DNA of 64,000 nt from Chitinophagales bacterium (lineage in GTDB: Bacteria; Bacteroidota; Bacteroidia; Chitinophagales; CAIOSU01): assembly GCA_034440455.1 (NCBI GenBank), contig JAWXCB010000077.1:33679-97678 (forward strand), in the 5' to 3' direction. Both the position numbers and the translations under genes were made by a program. Below, in pieces: positions 35,742 through 45,747 of the stretch; positions within the stretch are counted from its first letter, which is position 1; each line of letters begins with the position of its first letter. The notes under the pieces were generated by a model. It did no database searches. It was not told the DNA's origin and saw nothing but the letters and a program-made list of their open reading frames with translations.

Positions 35742-37017
35742 TAGATAGTTGCTTTTCATCCTTGAATATCTGCAATTGAGGAAAATTCCCATAAAGAATT
35801 TCATTCACAGCCGTTTCTGGCGCTTCAAACCAGTTCTTTAACACCGAGGCATATACCGACCGGTAATCATATTGTAATACCAAGTTATCATTTACAGTAA
35901 TTTTTTCGGGTATAACCGGATTGGTTCCTAAGATGCCGCCTTTTATTTGCGAGCCGAAGAAAAGGAGAGGTTGCGATGAGCCATGATCGGTTCCATAGCT
36001 GGCATTTGACATAATGCGTCTGCCAAATTCCGAGAAAGTCATTCCCGCAACTTCATTTTCCCGCCCCATGCCCTTAATGTCATCCCAAAAACAGGTAATC
36101 GCTTGTGATAGTTTGCCAAGTAAATCAGCATGTAATCCCTTCGTTGCGTCAGAAGGATCCACCTGCGAGTTATGGGTGTCAAAGCCCTTTAAATCTACAA
36201 GATAAACGGAAGTTTGTAATCCACCATTAATAAGTTGAGCAACCTTTTTCAGTTGGTCAGCTAAAGGGTTTTTGCCGGGATCAGGATACGACTTAGAATG
36301 ATTGAAGGAAACGGAGAGCGCATTTTTGACAATCTTTGAATAGCGCTCTGCTTGCAGCAACATCTCGCGGATACTCTTTGTTTCTTTTCCTGCCATTCCC
36401 GCTAATTCACCGGATGATGATTCCACAGGATGCGTTTCAAAACCTTCAGTTGGGTCAATCACAATGCTCATATCCATTTCACTGCCCTGAAAAAGATAGG
36501 TGCCGGTATCGCCAATTTTGATAGCCGGAGGCTCCGGGTGTTCGCCATTCGGAAAACCGGCAGGATAATTCATATAGCGGGTTTGTAAAAAACGCGCTGC
36601 CCAACCGGTATATAATACAGTAGCAGAATCTGAGCCAGTAAGCCAAACATCAGATGAGCGAAAATGCGAATAGCTGGGATTGGAATAGCCCACGCCCTGC
36701 ACAAATGAAATTAGATTGTCCTCATACAAATCGCGTATGCCCTCAAGAGCCGGATGAAGCGCGGTGTTGGAACTTCCTTTGATGCGTAAAACTTTATTTT
36801 CCGGTATCAGCAGATTGGAACGCGCAGCCGCAAGCAAACCATAATTGTCAAGAGGAATGAGCGTATTCAATCCGTCATTACCGCCATCAAGCTGGATGAT
36901 AACAAAGATGCGATTGCTCTTCTTTGTTTTATTTGGCGAGCATGCTTGCAGCGCGTTTAAAACAAAAGGCAGCAGAGCGGCAATGCCCGAATTGCGTATG
37001 AATTTTCTCCTGTTCAT
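35734..37017 (-). CDS. DUF1501 family protein, copy 2
   Basis: MNRRKFIRNSGIAALLP, QLDGGNDGLNTLIP, and SEFGRRIMSNASYGTDHGS. Clearly paralogous to copy 1 by eye. Confidence 0.8.
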   Translation of the reverse strand: MNRRKFIRNSGIAALLPFVLNALQACSPNKTKKSNRIFVIIQLDGGNDGLNTLIPLDNYGLLAAARSNLLIPENKVLRIKGSSNTALHPALEGIRDLYEDNLISFVQGVGYSNPSYSHFRSSDVWLTGSDSATVLYTGWAARFLQTRYMNYPAGFPNGEHPEPPAIKIGDTGTYLFQGSEMDMSIVIDPTEGFETHPVESSSGELAGMAGKETKSIREMLLQAERYSKIVKNALSVSFNHSKSYPDPGKNPLADQLKKVAQLINGGLQTSVYLVDLKGFDTHNSQVDPSDATKGLHADLLGKLSQAITCFWDDIKGMGRENEVAGMTFSEFGRRIMSNASYGTDHGSSQPLLFFGSQIKGGILGTNPVIPEKITVNDNLVLQYDYRSVYASVLKNWFEAPETAVNEILYGNFPQLQIFKDEKQLSIS

Positions 37018-37020
37018 CCT

Positions 37021-38601
37021 CTACATCATTTGATATTCCGGCAAACTGATTATTTTTTTAAAAAAAGCATCAAGGATGCACTCTATTTCTTTGATCTGAT
37101 TTATATCGTTGGGATGCGCATTCAGTTTACTCCAGTCTTCATTCCACTGCCTTGCACTGGTTTCACTGCCATTCAAAATTACCTTTAGCTTGTCTTTTAT
37201 TGCTTGGTTTATTTCTACTGCGCACAACAAATTCAGGGAATCTTCAACTAAAGCGCTGGCATTAGCAGGGTCTTTAAACTTGCTGGCAAAATTCACAAGG
37301 TCAATTTTTACTCTCGGTCCGTTGCAATTCATGCCTTCAGTGGTGGTGAGGTTATCAATAATTTTCATTCTGAAACTGAGGGTGTAGGTATTTATCCACC
37401 ATTGGTGATATTTAGGCGCCTGATAAAAAGCGGGCCAACCGGCAACGCTTGGCGGGTCGCCTACCATCATGCCTAAACCACCGAGCGTGAAGTTGTAATG
37501 TATCCAGCATAAATGCGTGTCGGAAGGCAGGGGCGGCAGAGCCAGTTCGAATTGTTTGCTGGCGCCAATGAAAAAGTCAACAGGACTTTTGACAATGCAC
37601 CCGCGAAAAGCCGGATCAAAAAAGTGTTCACTGCCCAGCAATACGCGCAGCACCGGTTTAATCTCAAAATTATTTTCGATGAACACGCGCCCTAACGGGG
37701 CAATAATTTCTGTTTCTATTTTTTCATCTAACTGCGGGGAGACAAACCAGCGGTACAAATTCCTGCAAACGAATTGCGCGGTTTGTTCTTTGCCGAATAT
37801 CAGCTCAATTAATTCATCGGTTTCCTGCGCTCCCGCCATGCCTTCTTTTCCTTTGATAATTGCATTACCGAAAAAAGATGAAAAATTTTTGTCGCTCGTA
37901 TCATGCAATTCAGGGTGGAAGTTTACCGCTATTTTTTCCTTGTCGTCCTTCCAGCCGGTGAGCACGCGAGCCGCTTCTTTCACGTCATCCTCATTATAGT
38001 TTTGTTTGTTTTCTTTTCCGATGGTGAACAACTCAAGCAGTTCGCGCCCGTAGTTTTCATTGGGGGCTACTTTGCTGTTGGTATTCCCATTCAGATAGAC
38101 TAACATGGCGGGGTTAGTGGTGCCGGTGCGAATCAGTTTTTTGAAATTACCCAGCGCAAACTCCCGAAGCATAACAGCGTACCGATAGCTGTAACGGGCA
38201 TCGCGCACCATTTCGGTTTCAGTTACAAAATGGTTGTGCCAGAAGATCACCATTTTTTCAGTAAGCGAATAATCGCGGTTAATGATTTGACCTGTCCACC
38301 ATCCCTTTAAGTAGATTCTTCTTTTCCTGTCAATATCGTTGTTTTCCCAAGGCGCGTCAACCCACTGCTGACCATTGGGCACAAACGGATCGGTGAGGTC
38401 GGGGTCTTCCTGCGCCAACATAGGCGGCACAGGCGATTGAATAAGCAAAATATCAAGACAATTACTAAGCGGTTTGTTATTAAAGAAGGAAAATTCCTGA
38501 TGCCCGATACCAAACAGGCAACGTCTTAGCAAGTGCAACAGATCATTTTCTTGAAATGTGCGGTTAAGTGGAGCAAGACTATAGGAAGTGATATCGGGCA
38601 T
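37021..38601 (-). CDS. DUF1800 family protein, intact copy
   Basis: 526 aa with LLHLLRRCLFG, FWHNHF, YGRELLELFTIGK and DVKEAARVLTGW. Lies 3 nt upstream of DUF1501 copy 2. Confidence 0.8.
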   Translation of the reverse strand: MPDITSYSLAPLNRTFQENDLLHLLRRCLFGIGHQEFSFFNNKPLSNCLDILLIQSPVPPMLAQEDPDLTDPFVPNGQQWVDAPWENNDIDRKRRIYLKGWWTGQIINRDYSLTEKMVIFWHNHFVTETEMVRDARYSYRYAVMLREFALGNFKKLIRTGTTNPAMLVYLNGNTNSKVAPNENYGRELLELFTIGKENKQNYNEDDVKEAARVLTGWKDDKEKIAVNFHPELHDTSDKNFSSFFGNAIIKGKEGMAGAQETDELIELIFGKEQTAQFVCRNLYRWFVSPQLDEKIETEIIAPLGRVFIENNFEIKPVLRVLLGSEHFFDPAFRGCIVKSPVDFFIGASKQFELALPPLPSDTHLCWIHYNFTLGGLGMMVGDPPSVAGWPAFYQAPKYHQWWINTYTLSFRMKIIDNLTTTEGMNCNGPRVKIDLVNFASKFKDPANASALVEDSLNLLCAVEINQAIKDKLKVILNGSETSARQWNEDWSKLNAHPNDINQIKEIECILDAFFKKIISLPEYQMM

Positions 38602-38745
38602 CCTTATGAATGGTTAATTAACCAAGAAATCCTACAAAAACATTTTCTCGCAGAACGCGCAGAGCATCAGTCAAAGATATGTAAAATACGAGTGAACAAA
38701 CGAGGGAGCGAGAACCGAAAAAGAAACCTCGTCAACGCAGGAACA

Positions 38746-39689
38746 TTAATCTTGTGCGTTCAATGCCGATTTAACTTCAACTTGAAGCGCGTCTGCCCAA
38801 AGCTGGTAACCCCTTGAGTTGTTATGACCGTCTTTTTGCCAATAAAGTGAATGATATTCAAAACCAGCTTGCTTTTTTGCCTGCTTAAATTTTTCAAAAA
38901 GATTGATTGTTTTTATAGCGCTGTTTGATTCAAGGATATTTGCCAATGGTTTCAACGGGAAATAGTCCTGCTCTAATTCAAGCAACATAGGATGCAGCGC
39001 TACAATCAGTTTAAAGTGATTTTCTTGTGAAAGCTGAACGTAATCCTTTGTTATGCATCGCTCAATTTTTTTGAGCGCCTGTTGTTCTGCTTCCCTATAT
39101 TCCTGAGGAGTTAGTAAGAGCCAGTTCATCGGGTGTACAACCTGAATGATAGCTCGTGCAATAAATGAAAATTGATAAAAATACGCCCACCAGGGCGCTG
39201 ATTTATATTTATCATCGCGCTCCCAGTTCCCAATTTTTACTATATCGCTTATATCGGTTGTATTAATTGCCAGAATAACTATTTTAGGTTTAAATGGCAG
39301 CAGGAGTTCTTTTAAAATAGCGTATTGAGAAAACGGTTCTGAGCCGCATAGAAAAAATCTCCTGACATCTCTCCTCGAGAAAGATTTAGCTTAAACACAT
39401 ATTTTAACACGAATTCGCCTATAAATAAACTCAGGATCAAACTGGTCAATAGGAGCGTGTACTGATTTTTAGTTTCACGCTTTTTGATAAGCCGTTTTAG
39501 AATAAGAGTACCCGTGAACAATATAAAAGAGTAAACTATCACGGTTAAAAAAATGGTGGATACCCCAAAAAATCCTAAAATAAAGTTGAGGATTACAAAA
39601 ACGGATAAGAAGAAAATTCCCGTGTATTTGAGCGTTTTTTTTAACATACGGATTTCAGAAAATAGCGCATTTGCAATAAGTAGGTACAA
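38746..39689 (-). pseudogene. membrane-anchored SGNH/AlgJ-like hydrolase or acyltransferase gene disrupted by a frameshift (~39345-39390)
   Basis: ORF 39312-39689 encodes only an N-terminal TM region. The frame of ORF 38746-39129 is open upstream to 39390 and reads ..RRFFLCGSEPFSQYAILKELLLPFKPKIVILAINTTD..MNWLL..YWQKDGHNNSRGYQLWADAL, with no plausible start codon of its own. Confidence 0.55.
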
Positions 39690-39706
39690 GGCTAAAAAAA
39701 AGTAAC

Positions 39707-40867
39707 TTACTTTATAGCATTTAACCGTTGGTGCAGTGTTCGTACCAGCACAGGAAACAACACTTCTGCTTTATTTTTCTCGCCATCTGCATTGAGATGG
39801 CAGTCATCTATCCACCAAGAAGCATTTTTTATTGAATCGAAACTGAACGGCATCCAAACGCCTCCAACTTCTGCTGCAAGCATTTTCGACAAGTTTGCAT
39901 TTAGCTCCGCCATGTCGCGATATTTCTGATTTTGTCTTACAAATTCAGAGTTCATGTTCAGGATATTTGGCAAAGCGATCAGCAATGCACTATCAGTTGC
40001 CACATGAAGATAGAGTCTTCGGGTATTGTTATAGAAAGGATATTTTTCATATTGTTTAAGATGGAGAATGCTGTCCAAATTCAGATTTGACCACTGAGGA
40101 AAAGTAACATCGCGCTGATGACTAAACTCATCGCGCCTGCCGGAGAAATCACTGTAAAACAAGCGGATGGCGATATAACTGAAAAAATAAGAGCGGAGCA
40201 TCCAGCGGGCAGGCGGAGGAAGCGGTTCAAGATGAAAATTGATTCTCCGGTAGTGCGTGTAATCTAATTGAAAATTGGAAGGGATAGAGGCAGTAAGCAG
40301 TGCGTCATTCACCCCGCTGTTCACGATCACTACATCGGGCTGGTAATAGCTGTACTTAAAAAGATATTGCTGTAACTCCTCTGCAGAAGTACCCGCTTCC
40401 AACCCTGCATTGATTACTTCTGCTCCTGAGTAATGGGCGCTCAAGATGCTATCATGGGGAATGAAATCATTCAGCAACCTTTCTATCAGTGCAGGAAAAG
40501 TTTGCGAAGGCGAATCTACTCCAAGTCCATAGGTCGTAGAACCTCCCAAACACAATACGCGCAGCTTATTTGATTTTTGCAGCGGAATGCGCCTGCCGCG
40601 GTAGCCATCCTCGTTATGTTGCACCTCGCCATGGTTCCTATATCCGGGGTAAGGAATATATCCCAGGTAGGGTAGTGAAAGATAACGGGGTAAATGCTCC
40701 GGATCTTTATTTCCGATAAGCATGTCACGAATGCGAAAATAATTTTTGTTCGAAAGAAAATCGGACGAACGACTGCTAAGCCACATTCCTGCATAGCCGG
40801 CAAATTCAATTGTCATAAGCACAAACAGCAAGAGCACAGACCGAAACAAAAATAATCTCAATCGCAT
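39707..40867 (-). CDS. SGNH/GDSL-like hydrolase family protein with N-terminal TM anchor
   Basis: RVLCLGGSTTYGLG (block I), VVIVNSGVNDA (block III) and WWIDDCHLNADGEKNKA (block V, DxxH). Confidence 0.65.
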   Translation of the reverse strand: MRLRLFLFRSVLLLFVLMTIEFAGYAGMWLSSRSSDFLSNKNYFRIRDMLIGNKDPEHLPRYLSLPYLGYIPYPGYRNHGEVQHNEDGYRGRRIPLQKSNKLRVLCLGGSTTYGLGVDSPSQTFPALIERLLNDFIPHDSILSAHYSGAEVINAGLEAGTSAEELQQYLFKYSYYQPDVVIVNSGVNDALLTASIPSNFQLDYTHYRRINFHLEPLPPPARWMLRSYFFSYIAIRLFYSDFSGRRDEFSHQRDVTFPQWSNLNLDSILHLKQYEKYPFYNNTRRLYLHVATDSALLIALPNILNMNSEFVRQNQKYRDMAELNANLSKMLAAEVGGVWMPFSFDSIKNASWWIDDCHLNADGEKNKAEVLFPVLVRTLHQRLNAIK

Positions 40868-40897
40868 AATGAACCAGATTTCAGATGAACCATCTGA

Positions 40898-41599
40898 TTA
40901 CCTTAAATCTCCTTTGACAAGATAAAGAAATAGTTCTTTCACCGTTGTTGCAATCACTTTCACATTCCCGCCCGCGCCAAATCCAAATTCACGCTTGATG
41001 TGCGCCACTTCTATTTCTTTTATACGGAAACCGGCTGCGGATGCACGAATAAAAAACTCGGCATGAACAAATGCACTGACGGACCTGAGCTCAATAGTGT
41101 CAAAAATTTTTGTGCGATAAAAAACAATACTGTTCACATCGCGCACCTTACAACCGGAGATTAGCGAAATCACCCGGTTATAAACCAGCGAATAAAGTTT
41201 TCGGTAAGTCCTGTCTTTTCTTTCCTTGCGAAATCCCAAAATAAAATCATATTCATCTTTTATTTCCAAAAATCGAATCAGGTTTGAAACAGGAAATTGG
41301 TTATCACCGGGCAAAAAAAGCGCCCATTCTGTTTTAGGAACCATGAATACTTGTTTCAATGTTTCTCCGAAACCCAAATTTATTTCGTGGTTAATAATTT
41401 GCACGTTATTGAATTTACAAGCTAACTGTTCTGCCACCAGCAAAGTATTATCTGAACTGCCGTCATTTATAATCAAAATTTGAAATGAAATTGCCAGCCG
41501 CTTGCACAACTGCTGCGCTTCTTCCACCAGCTTCATTAACGACCTACTGTCGTTATAGGCAGGAATGCTGATGGTAAGATATTGAACAGGCTCATCCAT
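40898..41599 (-). CDS. family 2 glycosyltransferase, DPM1/polyprenyl-phosphate sugar synthase-like
   Basis: LTISIPAYNDSRSL, ILIINDGSSDNT and LFLPGDNQF. The short 233-aa soluble form is typical of polyprenol-phosphate glycosyl synthases. Confidence 0.7.
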   Translation of the reverse strand: MDEPVQYLTISIPAYNDSRSLMKLVEEAQQLCKRLAISFQILIINDGSSDNTLLVAEQLACKFNNVQIINHEINLGFGETLKQVFMVPKTEWALFLPGDNQFPVSNLIRFLEIKDEYDFILGFRKERKDRTYRKLYSLVYNRVISLISGCKVRDVNSIVFYRTKIFDTIELRSVSAFVHAEFFIRASAAGFRIKEIEVAHIKREFGFGAGGNVKVIATTVKELFLYLVKGDLR

Positions 41600-41646
41600 T
41601 TGTATAGATAATCGTGTTCAGACTGCGCGATAACTTTTCATTCACG

Positions 41647-42570
41647 CTATGTTGTAAATATTTTTCTTATTCCTTTTTTTATCGCCCCTGCGGTGACAAA
41701 ACTTTCAAAAAAGCCTTTTTTATCTGTTGTTTCTTTCTTCGTTTTTTCAATCAGCTCAACAATTCGCTCCTTGCTTTCCGCAGGCACAGGATAGTCAAAT
41801 TCTTTTACCATGTCGCCAAACAACGGGCGCTCGCCACAGTTGTAATACCGTTGAAAAAAATCATCAGGCATCTCAAATTTTTCTATTTTATCAGTTTTGT
41901 CGTTCGCGTTTTTATGATAAAACATCAATTTGGCATCTTTTGGAGCTATTGCATAAGCCACAACTAACCTTTCTTTGTTTGTTAGGTTAGGTGAGGATCC
42001 ATGTATGACAGCATGATTCAGAATAAATGCTTGTCCGGCTTTCATGGGTGCGGTGAGCATATTCTCCCAGAGGAGCGCCTCATTACCCCTGTATGCCACC
42101 GGGATATTATTGCTTCGATAATAATCGAAAAAAAGATGGCTGCCCGGCAACACTCTTAAAGCTCCGTTTTCTTCCGAAGTATCCAGCATGGGCACCCATA
42201 TCGTAGCGGAATAAAATTTTGATTCATCAACGGTTGTCCAATCTTGGTGTACATTTACCTTTCCCTCCACCCCGGGAGATTTACAGAGAAACGTGCTGCC
42301 TAATTTTTTGTAGTGCTCAAATTTTTCATCTAAAGCCTTTTGAAGCACCTTTTCCGTGTGTTCAAATATTTCCCGCTTAAACTCTTCATCGGGATTAAAT
42401 GCAGCTGAATAAAATCCTTTGGGTAAATTCGGATGCAGCTCATAGAATTTTTCTGCGATTATTTGCGCATCTTTCGAGCTAATAAAATCAATGATCACGT
42501 AACCATCCCGATCAAAACGCGACTGGGTTTCTAAATCCTTAAATATCCTTGGTTTCATTTTTACAAACAA
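41647..42570 (-). CDS. PhyH-family Fe(II)/2OG dioxygenase paralog (13th gene)
   Basis: FDRDGYVIIDF; NVHQDWTTVDE; TIWVPMLDTSEENGALRVLPGSH; IHGSSPN. By eye it is closest to domain 1 of 12176-14107. Confidence 0.85.
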   Translation of the reverse strand: MFVKMKPRIFKDLETQSRFDRDGYVIIDFISSKDAQIIAEKFYELHPNLPKGFYSAAFNPDEEFKREIFEHTEKVLQKALDEKFEHYKKLGSTFLCKSPGVEGKVNVHQDWTTVDESKFYSATIWVPMLDTSEENGALRVLPGSHLFFDYYRSNNIPVAYRGNEALLWENMLTAPMKAGQAFILNHAVIHGSSPNLTNKERLVVAYAIAPKDAKLMFYHKNANDKTDKIEKFEMPDDFFQRYYNCGERPLFGDMVKEFDYPVPAESKERIVELIEKTKKETTDKKGFFESFVTAGAIKKGIRKIFTT

Positions 42571-42883
42571 TGTGAAAACATACAGATTGTTGGGATGTTT
42601 AAAAGTACGCCTTAACCGAACGCAAAGGATAACCTCGCTTAAGTTGTAAAGATATGAATGGACTTTTTAAGTAAGAGAGAAGAAATTGCTGTTTAGTTGA
42701 AAATCTTATTCAATTACGTAACTTCAAATCCAACAAAATCAAAAAACAGTTCGTTATATTCGTAACTGATTTTGAGGGTGTCTGTTTTCTCAACAAATAA
42801 CTCCTTGAAGAGCATGAAGCGTTTTTTAATTTCAGATTTTAGATGAATATTCTAACTACTAAGCCTATAATTCCCCAGTAGCA

Positions 42884-44272
42884 ATGGAGAAAAAAACTAT
42901 CCTCCTTTTAAATCCTCCCGGAAAAAGCACCTATTTCAGGGATAACTATTGTTCTCCGGAATCTAAAGCCGGATATTATTGGCAACCTACCGATTTGCTG
43001 GTTCAAAGCGGCTATTTGAAAGAGGAATTTGACGTTGATATCCTGGATGCAATTGTAGAAAATAAAACGGATGAACACGTGCTTGATTTGGTGTTAAAAC
43101 GAAACTATTATTCTATTCTTTCTCTTACAGGAACAGCCTCCTGGGAAGAAGACTTTCATCTTCTTAAAAAAATAAAAGCCCTTAAGCCTGAAATTATTCT
43201 GGCTTTGTCCGGAAACCTGGCGCTTTTTGAGCATAAAGAACTTTTTAGAACTTGCGATTGGTTAGATATCGCTCTTCTCGATTACACTACGGATGATTAC
43301 GGCAAATTCCTGCAAGGAGAGAGAGAGGCGCTATTCAAAATAGTTTACCGCAAAGAAAATAATGTGGTGACAGTAATTGACCGTAAAGCGCCTAAAGAGT
43401 TTAGCTACCCTGTTCCGTTACATGAAAAATTTAAGAATCATCTCTATCACCTTCCCTTTGCTACCAAACACCCCGCTACCATAGTAATGGGAAGTGCCGG
43501 CTGCCCGCATAAGTGTGAGTTTTGTGTCGCCAGCGAAATAAAATATCGTTTCAGGAATACGGATAATCTTATTGCTGAATTGAAGGTACTGTATGAAATG
43601 GGAATTAAGGAAGTAGGGTTCAACGATTATATGTTTGAAGTTAACCATGAAAGGGCGATGGAAATTTGCAGCAGAATGATTACAGAAGAAATAAAATTAT
43701 CCTGGGGTTGTTCTTGTAGAGTTGACACATTAGATGAGCCTTTGCTAAGGCGAATGAAAGAAGCCGGTTGTCATACGATTCAAATGGGAATCGAAAGTTC
43801 CGTTCAGGGGGTATTAGAGGCGCAACGAAAAAATTCAACAGTAGAAAAGGCGAAAGAAACCATTGGACTATGCAATAAGGTAGGTATTCGTGCTTTTGGA
43901 AACTTTATTATAGGGCTGCCGGGCGAGAATGAAGAAAGTTTAAGTAACTTGGGGAAATATGCCCGGCAAATCGGGTGTACAAATGCAGTTTTTTCTACCT
44001 TGGTGCCTGATATGGGAACAACTCTCAGGAAAAAAGTTATTCAAGAAGGAAAGATTGAAAACCGGATGACGAAATTCAGCAGCACCGACAAATTCTTTCC
44101 ACAATCGTTAAGCGGCATAAAGACTGATAAATTATCTTCCATCAGAAGAAAGGTGATGCTGGAATTTTATTTTCATCCTTCTTTTATTTACAACAATTTT
44201 ATCCGGGCGAAAAGTTTTTATGAATTTAAGCGAAAGGTCGGTTACGGATTACAGGTCTTACGAAGGATATAG
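42884..44272 (+). CDS. B12-binding-domain (class B) radical SAM protein 1
   Basis: N-terminal Rossmann-like ILLLNPPG..., and CxxxCxxC as GSAGCPHKCEFCV, followed by a TIM-barrel-like region (IQMGIESS). Confidence 0.8.
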   Translation: MEKKTILLLNPPGKSTYFRDNYCSPESKAGYYWQPTDLLVQSGYLKEEFDVDILDAIVENKTDEHVLDLVLKRNYYSILSLTGTASWEEDFHLLKKIKALKPEIILALSGNLALFEHKELFRTCDWLDIALLDYTTDDYGKFLQGEREALFKIVYRKENNVVTVIDRKAPKEFSYPVPLHEKFKNHLYHLPFATKHPATIVMGSAGCPHKCEFCVASEIKYRFRNTDNLIAELKVLYEMGIKEVGFNDYMFEVNHERAMEICSRMITEEIKLSWGCSCRVDTLDEPLLRRMKEAGCHTIQMGIESSVQGVLEAQRKNSTVEKAKETIGLCNKVGIRAFGNFIIGLPGENEESLSNLGKYARQIGCTNAVFSTLVPDMGTTLRKKVIQEGKIENRMTKFSSTDKFFPQSLSGIKTDKLSSIRRKVMLEFYFHPSFIYNNFIRAKSFYEFKRKVGYGLQVLRRI

Positions 44273-44336
44273 CTTTATCAATTATTCCAATTCAGCACAG
44301 TGTTTTGCTGATTTTTACTCATAGCTTTAATATTAA

Positions 44337-45722
44337 ATGAAAATACTTTTCCTGAATCTTCCTTCAGATGTTCTTATAGTAAGACGATATATGTGCTCGT
44401 CTTTTGCAGAAGCATTCCTTTTCCCTCCGCACGATTTAATTTCGCTGGCAGGTGTTGCCCGAAGCATACCAGGTATGGAGGTTTCTTTCTTAGATGCTGT
44501 GGGGGAATGTAGTAATACGGATGATACAATTGCCTACATAAGAGAAAATTCACCCGATGTTTTAGTATCTATTATAAGCTTCGAGTTATATGACAAGGAT
44601 GTACTGATCGTAAGGCGACTGAAGGAAGAATTTCCCGAAATTTCTATCTTTCTCTTCGGACATTATCCTACACATTTTCCAAAAGAAACACTCGACTATT
44701 CAAATGCAGACCTGATTATGTTAGGGGAGCCTGACCTTATTTTTTCGCGCGTAATACAACAAATGAGCGCTAAAGAACCACTCAATGAAATTGGAGGAAT
44801 AGCTTACCGAACGGCTGACGGGCAAATCGCGGTTGGTAAGCAGGAACGCAGAGTGACCGCCTTCGATTCATTACCAATGCCCGCTTATGATTTATTAAAC
44901 AACAGCTTTTATCGTGAACCCTTCATGCCTCAGCCGTTTGGGTTGATACAATCCGCCCGCGGTTGCCCCTACCAATGCAACTATTGCGTTCATTCTTTCG
45001 GCACCAAACTAACGATGCTAAGCCCTGAAACTGTTTTTGAGCATATCCTGCAATTAAAATCCCAGCACAATATCCGTTCATTAAGATTTATTGACGATAC
45101 GTTTACAGTCATCCCTGCGCGTGTCATAGAAATTTGCAAAAAAATGATAGCCCACAAGTTAGACCTGAAGTGGACCTGCCTGGCGCGGGCTGATACATTG
45201 AACGAGGAAATGCTCGTTTGGATGAAACGCGCAGGTTGTGTGCGGTTAAACATTGGCATGGAATCGGGCAGTCAGAAAATACTTGATATTTTAAATAAAG
45301 GAACAACAGTTGAGAGTTCGCTCAGGCAATTACAATCTGTTAAAAAAACAGGTTTGGAAATGATGGGGTTTTTCTTAACCGGTATCCCTGGCGAAACGGA
45401 AGATGATATTAATGAAAGCATTCGTTTCGCACAGGATGCAGGATTCAATTATGTAGCCATTGATACGCTTAAAATTTATCCGGGTACTCCACTTTTTGAA
45501 AAATTCCGAGAACATATTGATTTTTCACTCGTACCGTACCGGAATCAATTCCGCGATGAAGATTTTAATCGGCAAACTGCGGCAAACAGAAAAAAATTCT
45601 TCCGAAATTTTTATTTTTCAATGAGTTACCTGTTCAATGCCCCGGCTAAGAATTTGATAAAATTTGAGCATGCTGGTATTATGTTAAATTATGTATGGCG
45701 CATGGCCAAGGCTGCTTCCTAA
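44337..45722 (+). CDS. B12-binding-domain (class B) radical SAM protein 2
   Basis: MKILFLNLPS...; SARGCPYQCNYCV; LNIGMESGS. Confidence 0.8.
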   Translation: MKILFLNLPSDVLIVRRYMCSSFAEAFLFPPHDLISLAGVARSIPGMEVSFLDAVGECSNTDDTIAYIRENSPDVLVSIISFELYDKDVLIVRRLKEEFPEISIFLFGHYPTHFPKETLDYSNADLIMLGEPDLIFSRVIQQMSAKEPLNEIGGIAYRTADGQIAVGKQERRVTAFDSLPMPAYDLLNNSFYREPFMPQPFGLIQSARGCPYQCNYCVHSFGTKLTMLSPETVFEHILQLKSQHNIRSLRFIDDTFTVIPARVIEICKKMIAHKLDLKWTCLARADTLNEEMLVWMKRAGCVRLNIGMESGSQKILDILNKGTTVESSLRQLQSVKKTGLEMMGFFLTGIPGETEDDINESIRFAQDAGFNYVAIDTLKIYPGTPLFEKFREHIDFSLVPYRNQFRDEDFNRQTAANRKKFFRNFYFSMSYLFNAPAKNLIKFEHAGIMLNYVWRMAKAAS

Positions 45723-45747
45723 AGAAAAAGTAATTAGGAAAACTTAT

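Noticed and set aside
42844-42882. Tiny ORFs in intergenic gaps as RiPP precursors (MNILTTKPIIPQ at 42844; MNIAQVTTIRNLN near 49266; MKETVQLNFIAHTNR near 60000)
   Set aside because: They are 12-15 codons long with no Cys/Ser/Thr-rich core, no leader-like region and no repetition between them, so they are indistinguishable from chance ORFs.
42571-42883. Cobalamin or SAM riboswitch upstream of the B12-radical SAM genes (also checked 46735-46888, 51087-51205 and 59889-60067)
   Set aside because: I could not recognise a B12-box-like or SAM-I-like conserved core by eye. The regions are AT-rich and look like plain divergent promoter regions. A covariance-model scan would be needed to be sure.
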